From a virus (lineage: Duplodnaviria > Caudoviricetes): a stretch of 48,428 nucleotides of DNA. This document shows positions 9,801 to 17,396 of the stretch, in pieces. Within the stretch, counting starts at the first letter, position 1; every line of letters begins with the position of its first letter. The notes under the pieces are model-generated. The model worked only from the letters and a program-made list of their open reading frames with translations, did no database searches and was not told the origin of the DNA. Location of the stretch: positions 1 to 48,428 of IMG/VR virus record IMGVR_UViG_3300012665_000898. One strand, written 5' to 3'. The position numbers and the translations under genes are program-made.

Positions 9801-11054
9801 ATTCGAGGATACATTTCTAATGTAAAAATTAATGGAGAGTTAGTAGATTCTTGGACAAAGTTTGGTGCTAATAATTTCTACGATGTAGATGATTACGGAC
9901 CAATCAATGAAATATTAAACTTTAAAGATACTGTATTCTTTTTCCAAGATAGAGGAGTAGGAATGTATAACATTAATAAAGCCGCTATCTTATCTACTAC
10001 TGACGGATTGCCTACACAATTGGGAACAGGACAAGGATTCCAAAAACATTTATACGTTTCAAAAGAATCAGGTTCTATACACCAATGGGCAATTAAAGCT
10101 ACAGAAAATGCTATCTATTATTTTGATGCTATTCAACGTAAATTAAATATGTTAATGGTAGCACAATCAGGACAAAGTCAAAATGCTAAATTGTCGGAGT
10201 TAAAAGGAATTCACTCTTTCATTAATAGTCTACCTCCTAAAATATTCTTACGTAAAGAAAATGGCGGAGATAATCCTGTATTAGGTGCAGGAGTAGTAAT
10301 AGGGAAAGATAAAATTAATGACGAGGTATTATTTACTTATGTTTCTAGAATTAATTTTAGAGTATTAAATACGTTAAGTTTTTATGCTGTAGGTAATATA
10401 GTACTAAATCCTAACAATAACACATACTACACAGTAACTACAGAATTTACAACAGACAATAGTCCTAGCAATGCAAACATAGCTTTGATTCAAAACTCTG
10501 AAATATTTGAAGGAGATACTACAAACAAAAGCAAAACTTTAGTTTATGATGAATTAGCAGAAGCGTTTTCATCATTCTATTCAGCTACTCCTTCAATCTA
10601 TTTAGAAAACGGAGATATTCTTTTATCTGCTAACCCAAGTAATCCTACAGAAGTTTATACTCATAATATAGGTGATTGGGGAAGTTTCTACGGAAATGTA
10701 GAAGAGATGTCTATTTCTTTAGTTATTAATCCTAACGCAGATATTAATAAAGTTCTTCGTTTCTTAGAATACAATTCTATTGTACGTGATGATGCTAAAA
10801 TAATAGATAGAAATGCTACTATAACAGCAATTAAAATAGATACCCAGTATCAGACAACTGGTAAAGTACCTTACTCTACTTCTAGAATCAAAAGAAGATT
10901 TGATAAATGGAGAGTAAAAATCCCAAGAGATTTAACTACTCAAGGAAGATTAAGAAGTACATATTTTATTGTAACTTTATATTTTGATAACTCTAATAAC
11001 AAAGAGCTTATCATGAATCGTTTATTGTCTTATTACGATAGCCAAATGTTCTAA
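6834..11054 (+). CDS. Tail stabilisation/muzzle protein (crAss-like; P22 gp10-like class)
   Basis: 1406 aa, beta-rich. N-terminal GLNKDM...DIRI...NLKGNE, YW.D.NNYFRSIN, RGYKRGEVYRFGIIFY, GGDTFI, DSWTKF...YGPI, C-terminal KRRFDKWR...RLRS. Confidence 0.8.
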   Translation: MEGQVNAYQGLNKDMGYDAIPNNLYIDAVDIRITTDKGESMGSFTNLKGNEQSFTIPQTGAQGVAEIIGFATIRNKIVVFVADDSGNNGWIYLVMYDPGTRIILSGYPQLLKFDANFNFKKSWPIKGLGRYENDRVQKVYWLDYNNYFRSINIVDPNLSTTSLGLIDVYPDITYTQPLLKAVNGGGAMLAGSYQAAFRLITSDGKQTLVSPPSNVFHIVQDSESSIQSAMYNGDILDTVNTGKSITITIDTSLYSGYENIELIIIRHTTDVGLPIITSAEIKAIGGNTSIDFTYTGIEITEYILENLDYIRKNFAFKTAKTLAQKDSSVVLSNIKESSLSIQDLLEPGETFDAKTYRYRNFDGLIEANATPYNLEYNKDAQWDPSWHESDQWKYKADGLTLGGQGVNISYGFHLEPFTLDGSTGPGTANVANIPDATHNLSDGYSYQYNSTFPNAASPFITGLLRGYKRGEVYRFGIIFYTKKGEATFVEYIGDIKFPDISEKDKNDNLSGSKYFPISKQTGSVTTGYALGISFRISFASCPSIANQIESFQIVRVKREEKDKKRPTQGTVKGFYIGSIGDKEHDFDLQYNGSEDVMHLFPYAASGVQNGAMSTLVEQSVQGGAIFGDHLGFYSPEISFDKNNVRTIAGNISNSPFLLITGAYNTYAPTDYAGPIDLTSENLPVNCYDKRSTSRTVIPVLRGHENCKKMKQNQIMVMGHDSDYTTKVTPQLFAGVSGSYYLRNYYAIASNNSGANLNDPKGGEFWRAGTSALTVIDYATNDPITGTAIDYSFTGTPSHNFPTTSDVRPIDPATGLPDDAKVSTSAAVVDLILPKSEIYGGYTSDALVNNVFIPASPVLDITTTSPTVYGGDTFISMYLLQAGMLDFNGDLYDSGFSPNGYTAAISKTDAYPVETSINLDLAYGSTTKTGVTYLLGGENREILRQETNNYSTVNGKTLIMYDYNMRYSVENKDLTFFVKPANVYSGLTNDIRGYISNVKINGELVDSWTKFGANNFYDVDDYGPINEILNFKDTVFFFQDRGVGMYNINKAAILSTTDGLPTQLGTGQGFQKHLYVSKESGSIHQWAIKATENAIYYFDAIQRKLNMLMVAQSGQSQNAKLSELKGIHSFINSLPPKIFLRKENGGDNPVLGAGVVIGKDKINDEVLFTYVSRINFRVLNTLSFYAVGNIVLNPNNNTYYTVTTEFTTDNSPSNANIALIQNSEIFEGDTTNKSKTLVYDELAEAFSSFYSATPSIYLENGDILLSANPSNPTEVYTHNIGDWGSFYGNVEEMSISLVINPNADINKVLRFLEYNSIVRDDAKIIDRNATITAIKIDTQYQTTGKVPYSTSRIKRRFDKWRVKIPRDLTTQGRLRSTYFIVTLYFDNSNNKELIMNRLLSYYDSQMF

Positions 11055-14000
11055 TGAAAAAGCAAGGTAAAAAATTTACAGTTCCAAATACTTTTAAAAA
11101 AGATAAAAGTCATTTTTACGCAACTAATAGTTTGTTGCAATTTCCTGATGGAGGTAGATTATCCTTTTCTCCTTTTTCTAATAACATGCAGGTATTACAA
11201 TCTAATACTCAAGTAAATCCAAATAACCCACAAAGCAATCAAGGTTGGTCTCCTTCTGCAAGATTAGCTATTGAAAAATATGGAATTTTACCTAACTTAG
11301 GAAATACTGTAGGAAGTGATCTTTATGGTAAAGCAGAATTAGATGTGCCTTATAATAATCCTAGTAATGTAGGAGGCATTGGAACAATTGGAATAGCAGG
11401 AGATAGATTTAGACACGTTCAAGGAAATCCTTATTTTGAAGCACAGGCAGGTTACACAAATCCTTATGGTGCATTTGCAGGTATCAATGCTGGAGCAGAT
11501 TTCTATTTAGGCAGAAATAGTAATATGAATGCCAAAAGATACGCAGAAGATACTTTTAACAAGGGAACATTTATAGGAAAATTAGGACCTCAATATTCAG
11601 CAGGAATTGGTACTAAAAATCAACAAAGTCTACAAAATCCAGGAGTCAATATGTCTTATGGATTAACAGGAGAAGCTAAATATAAATTTAAAAAAATTCC
11701 TGGAGTAGCTTATGCAAAAGCAAGTTTAAAATTTGATCCTGTAAAAGGAAATGTAAATGCAGGAGATACAGAAGAACCTACTTATGGAGAAATATATAAT
11801 TCTTCAGAAAAATTAAATTTTGCTCCTATGGTTGGGGCAGAATTAGGATTTAGATTACCTATACAATCCAATAAAACTACTGCTCAACAAAAAGCCAAGG
11901 AAAAAATTAATTCGTTTGAAGAAGCAGAAAAAGCTAGAGTTAAAAGAGATTTAGAATTACAAAGATACCAACAAGAGTCTGAGCAATCAGGTGGAGCAGG
12001 AAGAGTAAGAACTGCTAAAGAAATAGCAGCAATGCGTACAAATCCTCAATTATGGTGGGAAAGTCCTACAGGACAAGCAGAAGGACCTGCACAAGAGCAA
12101 TTTCAAAATGTAAGAGGATTTACTCCAACAGCTGACTTTGCTAACGGTGGATACATGGCTCCTATATTGCCTAGTCCCATGCAGAATCCTGATACACCAA
12201 TATTTAGAGACACTACGGCTTTACCATTTGGTTATGGAGGCAACATGTATGCAAAAGGAGGTCCTATTAAACCTTTAGGTATATCTGATCCTAAAGAATA
12301 TGAACGTAGAAAAGCTGCTTATGATGATAGTTTAGCTTTATACAATTTAGGAGAAAAAAATTATAATCAAAGATTGAACTTTAATAAACAACACGGTATA
12401 CCTAAATCTTCTACTAGAAAATGGAATGACCCAGTAGAGTATAAAGGAGATAAATTAGCTAAAATTCAACCTATTGAAGGTCACGGATATGTTTATAATC
12501 ATAATCCTAATGTTGTTGCAAAAACTAACATAGCAGCATCTTTAACAAATAATAAAGGATTCAGATATAAAAAACCAGTGCAACCTGTTTACTTTGCAAA
12601 ACCTAAACCTAATAACTTTTCTCCTATCTATGTAACTAATCCGCTGGATCCTAGATTAACTGCTTATGATGATAGCTTAAGATTGTATAATAACTATGCA
12701 ACAGCAGATGCTAATTATAAAAAAAGAGGAGATAAAAAAAATGCTATAACAAAACCAGGTAGACCTGGTGAATATACTAATGACTTAAAAGAAATATCTC
12801 CTAATGTTCTTGTTAATCAGTCAGAAAAAAATCCTGACTTTCATCCTACAATCAAGCCTACTGGACGTGTTTCTTATGACCTTAAGAAACCACGTGTGTA
12901 TAAAAATGGTACAATAAATGGTGTACCCTTTGATGGTTATTCTCAAAGTAAAGATTTTATTAATGTATTTAAAAAACCTGTACAGCCTGTAATTTATAAA
13001 AAACCAGAAGAACAAGTATCAGCAGATGTACCTGAAAAGTTAAAACCTGTATCTATAAACTCTTTATCTCAAGAAAATAAGTTAGCACAAATTCCAGTTA
13101 AGTCTGTACCACAAAAAAGAAACTTTGTAGCTCCAGGTCCCCGTAAAACTTTTACTACTAATGAATGGGATCCTAATAAGCAAGAGTTTGTTGAAACTAA
13201 AAGACAAAACAAAGCAACAAATATTGGTGATGGTTCAGCTAGTACAGAATATCTTGTAGATGGTAAACCAATCAGTGCTGAAAAACTTGCTGAGTTAAAT
13301 GCAATTAGTGCTCAAGCTAAACAACGCCCTCAATTAACACCTGATGAGATAGAAGCTATGCAGTCAATGTCAACGCAATTTGCTTATGGTGGTAACATGT
13401 ACCCAGACGGAGGTCCTATGAAAAAAGGTCCAGTAGAAAATCAAGCAGCAGACTTTCTAACAAAAATGGCAAACAGTCCATTGTTTACTAGTAGATATAA
13501 TACAATGATGAAAAAAGAAGCTTCTCCTGAAGAAGTAGATGCTTTTCGTCAGCATATGGTAGATAATATAAATAGTGTTGATTATTGGCCTGTGGGTTAT
13601 GAATATACGGGAAAACCATGGACAGATGAATTCGGAGTAGCTTCTTACCAACCTGCTAGGGATTCTTTTAGAGGAAACTATAATATATTAAATATTTCCG
13701 ATGAAGTAAATAGTCCTTCAAGATATACCCAAGGTATATATCATCCACATACTATTTTTAGAAAAGATGCTTCTCCTACAAGTACAGTACATGAGTTATC
13801 TCATGCTTCCACAGTAAGTGATTATATGCCCGCAAAAGTACACGTACCTTATTCAAAAGATCCTGCAAAAGCAGAAAGTGTGGCTAAATATTCAAGTAGT
13901 AATTACAATAGAAGTACTGAGCATAAAGCATACTTAGACGAAGTAAGAAAATATCTTTATGACAATAAAATCTATGATGCCACAACAAAAGCATTTGATG

Positions 14001-17000
14001 AAACAGATTATAATAATTTATTAAAAACTTATGAAAATCTTAAATTAGAGTTAGAAAAAAATCCAGATAACTTAGAGTTAAAATATTTATTAGGGGCTTT
14101 TAATAAATCAATTTTGCCTTATGACAAAGAGCAAAATATTCAATTATTTAATTCTTATGTCGATAATAGTTCTGAAAAATCAGAATTAGGTAATGTAAAT
14201 ATTGCTGCTTATGGAGGAACTTTATATAGCAATGGAGGAATGTTAAAACGTGCAGACGGAAGTTATTCTAAAAGAGGTTTATGGGATAATATTAGAGCAA
14301 ATGCGGGTTCTGGTAAAGCTCCTACAAAAGAAATGTTAGCACAAGAAAGAAAAATTAATAGTAGACAATATCCAGGTGGAGGACAGTTAGGCTCAGGTAT
14401 GTTAGGGCAGAATATCAGACAATACCAAAATGCTCCAAAGAAACCACTAGTGATAGACAATCCAAGACTAGGTCCTACTAAACAAAGTAATCAAGGTAAC
14501 ACAGCAACAGTTATTCCTAATAGTAAATTACCAAAAACACTTAATACAGTTAGAAATCCTGAAGCAGAAAAGAAAGCTTTAGAAAAACAAACTAGAGAAT
14601 TAGTACAAAGTGGTGCGGCTAGTAGATCCTTAGGTACGTTGGGAAGTAGTGATAAAAGTCTTTATGAACAAACTCAGGCGGCTTTATTAACTGATCCAAA
14701 TTTCTTAAACAAGGTAGAGAAGAATGAATATAAGTATCAACAAGAATTAGAACAAAAAGCTTATGATGATGCATCTTATTTACAAAAAGGTGTAAACTTT
14801 GGTACAGCATTTTTGTCCAATCCTATTACTACTGGAGCAAATTTATTAGAAGGTTATAGACCATTAATGAATCAGGCAGAAGTACTAAGAGATGCTAACA
14901 ATCCTCAAAATGTTTTAATGAGAAATACGGGAGGATTAGATAATATATTTAATGCGTTTAATCCAGGAGCATACGTAGCTAATTATAATTCTAATATAAA
15001 GAAAGGTAATTATGTGGATGCTGCAGTAGATGCTGCTGATATATTATTAGCTCCTACAGCTTTAGGAGCAGCAGGAGATTTAAAAGATATAACAAAAGCA
15101 GGAGAAAAAGTAAGTCAATATTTTACTTCTAAAGTTCCTACAAAAATAGGTAATTTAACTAGAACACCTGAACCTTTTAAATCTGAACTTGTTCAAAGAA
15201 ATTTAAATGATTTAAAATTTGCCACAGAATGGGCAAAACAATACGGGTATAAATTACCAACAGAAAGTTTTGAAAAAATTGCGCAGTCAGATAAATTAAC
15301 TGATATGACAATCAGAGGTTTGGCAAATCGACATAATACTTTTGCGCGTGGTGTAAGTGTTGAAAATACTTTTCTACAAAATTTAGGTAAATTTACAAAT
15401 GACCCAAAAGCTGCTGCTGAATATATGGCAACGCATATACCACCAGACACTAGCGCAGGTAGAGCAGGTTTATCAAAGTCACATGGTTTGTATACATCAA
15501 ACAGTTTAGAAACAGCTGAAGGTTACACCAGAAATAATGGTTATATTGTAAGAGTTAAAAAACCAACATACTTTGTTGGTAACAATAGGCAAGAATGGTT
15601 AACAGATAATGATTTTAATGTAACATCTACGGATGAACCTTTAGGTATTCAGAAACAAAGCTATTATTCAACGCAACCAATTAGAGGTCTTGCTGAAAAA
15701 GACTATTATCCTCGGCGAGAAAACTTTATTGAACAAAGTTTAAAAGCTCTCCCAGAAAAATTATTGCAAAAGCTAGATCGTTCTTTCGTAAATGAATACG
15801 AGTTTAAAAGTAGAAATTTAGGTAATGCTCTTTTCAACAAAGAAATTTCAAGAGAATTATATGAACAAAAAGAAGCTGATCTATGGAAAGAATATGGGCC
15901 TCGTATTATTGAACTAAGACTAACGGAACAAAATATCTTTAAAACTGTACAAGAAAGAACAGACAAATTAAGAACCTTACATGGCGATGCTTTACAAAGA
16001 CGTATAGTAACTAATCCTTATGCACATTATGTATTTATGGATAGTGTTCCAGGTAGAAAAGTCTTAGATGTTGTTTCCACTAAAAGAATAACACCTGAAA
16101 CTATAAAACATACTAGTAGAGCACATGCAGGTAATTACAGCCATGGTTTAACAATGCGTTCTCCAGGTTTTGACACTACAGACTATGTTACACCTTTTTC
16201 TTTCAGAGAACGCTTTGGTCTTGGCCCTGTAGCACAACGTACTGCACAAGCTAAATATAATAATGCTGTAGCTAATGCGCAAAACTTTACTCTAAACTGG
16301 TACTATAACGGAGCAAATTTACGCCCAGAAGTAGCACAAAAAATTAAAGCTTTAGAGCAATCTCCGCAAGACGTGCCAAAGAATGATTTTTACCCATCAA
16401 ATGCAGATCTTATAAATCCTGACAACCCTATGTTGGCTGATACGCGTTTAGATGTAACTACTGGTACTAAAAAAGATATACAACGCTTAGTAAGAAATAA
16501 TGTTATAGAGCCAGACTATGCAAAAACTGTACGACAGAGTTTTATGGGTTCAGATGGTCTTTCTGTACCACATGAAAGTTTTATAGCTGCTCTTGTAAAA
16601 ACAAAAGGGCCGTTAGGTATTAAAAACGTACACCCTGACAAGGTAGAAGATATAATGGTACATGAATATAGCGGGCACTCTGGGCAATATTTAAATACAG
16701 GTTTTGGCCCTAACTGGAATAATGTTTTAAATCAAGAAGGTGCTAGTTATTATGAACCTAATTTAAGTACTGAAGCTGGGCGTTTTGCAGGTTCTGTAAT
16801 GCGTCACCCTAAAGATGGTACACGTGCTTGGTTTAAAGCCCCTGCAGAATTACATGCTGATTTAATGGTAGCTCGTAAACAAGTGTATAACGAAATGTTA
16901 AATCGTGGTATAAACCCAGAAATTAGTATGCACATGTTGCATAATACTAATAGTTACCCTGAAATTGCAGATGAACTCTTAGGAAAATTAGATAGACGTT

Positions 17001-17356
17001 TCTTTAAAAAGACCGCTACGGTAGCAGAGAGACGTAAATTAATTGGTATGTTACCTGCTTTAGTAGGAGCTACAGGAGCAGCTGCTTATGGATTAACAGA
17101 AGAACAGAAGAAAAATTTACAATCAGGTACTCAATTTGCTTATGGAGGTTCTTTAGAAGGAGGTAGAAAGACTAATCTACCAGAAGACAATTTTATGAAA
17201 GGAGGACGTAATATTTATGATAGTGTTTACGCTTCTAGTTTAGGAGATTATTACGAACAAGGAGGTTACCTTGACAATCAATCTCCTGTGCAAAATATAA
17301 ATTCTGGTGTCTTAACTGCTTCAGAATTAGCTTCTCGTTTAAATAGACTTGTATGA
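11054..17356 (+). CDS. Giant modular virion cargo protein (beta-barrel-like, repeat, zincin-like and ADP-ribosyltransferase-like modules)
   Basis: 2100 aa, no Cys seen, directly after the muzzle gene. About 11 [FY]xxGG-type motifs; HELSH at 13790, RG...GLYTS..A.GY at 15347-15526, HEYSGH at 16661. Confidence 0.65.
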   Translation: MKKQGKKFTVPNTFKKDKSHFYATNSLLQFPDGGRLSFSPFSNNMQVLQSNTQVNPNNPQSNQGWSPSARLAIEKYGILPNLGNTVGSDLYGKAELDVPYNNPSNVGGIGTIGIAGDRFRHVQGNPYFEAQAGYTNPYGAFAGINAGADFYLGRNSNMNAKRYAEDTFNKGTFIGKLGPQYSAGIGTKNQQSLQNPGVNMSYGLTGEAKYKFKKIPGVAYAKASLKFDPVKGNVNAGDTEEPTYGEIYNSSEKLNFAPMVGAELGFRLPIQSNKTTAQQKAKEKINSFEEAEKARVKRDLELQRYQQESEQSGGAGRVRTAKEIAAMRTNPQLWWESPTGQAEGPAQEQFQNVRGFTPTADFANGGYMAPILPSPMQNPDTPIFRDTTALPFGYGGNMYAKGGPIKPLGISDPKEYERRKAAYDDSLALYNLGEKNYNQRLNFNKQHGIPKSSTRKWNDPVEYKGDKLAKIQPIEGHGYVYNHNPNVVAKTNIAASLTNNKGFRYKKPVQPVYFAKPKPNNFSPIYVTNPLDPRLTAYDDSLRLYNNYATADANYKKRGDKKNAITKPGRPGEYTNDLKEISPNVLVNQSEKNPDFHPTIKPTGRVSYDLKKPRVYKNGTINGVPFDGYSQSKDFINVFKKPVQPVIYKKPEEQVSADVPEKLKPVSINSLSQENKLAQIPVKSVPQKRNFVAPGPRKTFTTNEWDPNKQEFVETKRQNKATNIGDGSASTEYLVDGKPISAEKLAELNAISAQAKQRPQLTPDEIEAMQSMSTQFAYGGNMYPDGGPMKKGPVENQAADFLTKMANSPLFTSRYNTMMKKEASPEEVDAFRQHMVDNINSVDYWPVGYEYTGKPWTDEFGVASYQPARDSFRGNYNILNISDEVNSPSRYTQGIYHPHTIFRKDASPTSTVHELSHASTVSDYMPAKVHVPYSKDPAKAESVAKYSSSNYNRSTEHKAYLDEVRKYLYDNKIYDATTKAFDETDYNNLLKTYENLKLELEKNPDNLELKYLLGAFNKSILPYDKEQNIQLFNSYVDNSSEKSELGNVNIAAYGGTLYSNGGMLKRADGSYSKRGLWDNIRANAGSGKAPTKEMLAQERKINSRQYPGGGQLGSGMLGQNIRQYQNAPKKPLVIDNPRLGPTKQSNQGNTATVIPNSKLPKTLNTVRNPEAEKKALEKQTRELVQSGAASRSLGTLGSSDKSLYEQTQAALLTDPNFLNKVEKNEYKYQQELEQKAYDDASYLQKGVNFGTAFLSNPITTGANLLEGYRPLMNQAEVLRDANNPQNVLMRNTGGLDNIFNAFNPGAYVANYNSNIKKGNYVDAAVDAADILLAPTALGAAGDLKDITKAGEKVSQYFTSKVPTKIGNLTRTPEPFKSELVQRNLNDLKFATEWAKQYGYKLPTESFEKIAQSDKLTDMTIRGLANRHNTFARGVSVENTFLQNLGKFTNDPKAAAEYMATHIPPDTSAGRAGLSKSHGLYTSNSLETAEGYTRNNGYIVRVKKPTYFVGNNRQEWLTDNDFNVTSTDEPLGIQKQSYYSTQPIRGLAEKDYYPRRENFIEQSLKALPEKLLQKLDRSFVNEYEFKSRNLGNALFNKEISRELYEQKEADLWKEYGPRIIELRLTEQNIFKTVQERTDKLRTLHGDALQRRIVTNPYAHYVFMDSVPGRKVLDVVSTKRITPETIKHTSRAHAGNYSHGLTMRSPGFDTTDYVTPFSFRERFGLGPVAQRTAQAKYNNAVANAQNFTLNWYYNGANLRPEVAQKIKALEQSPQDVPKNDFYPSNADLINPDNPMLADTRLDVTTGTKKDIQRLVRNNVIEPDYAKTVRQSFMGSDGLSVPHESFIAALVKTKGPLGIKNVHPDKVEDIMVHEYSGHSGQYLNTGFGPNWNNVLNQEGASYYEPNLSTEAGRFAGSVMRHPKDGTRAWFKAPAELHADLMVARKQVYNEMLNRGINPEISMHMLHNTNSYPEIADELLGKLDRRFFKKTATVAERRKLIGMLPALVGATGAAAYGLTEEQKKNLQSGTQFAYGGSLEGGRKTNLPEDNFMKGGRNIYDSVYASSLGDYYEQGGYLDNQSPVQNINSGVLTASELASRLNRLV

Positions 17357-17396
17357 CTCAATAATAAATAGTAATTTTATACAATAATTCACGGCC

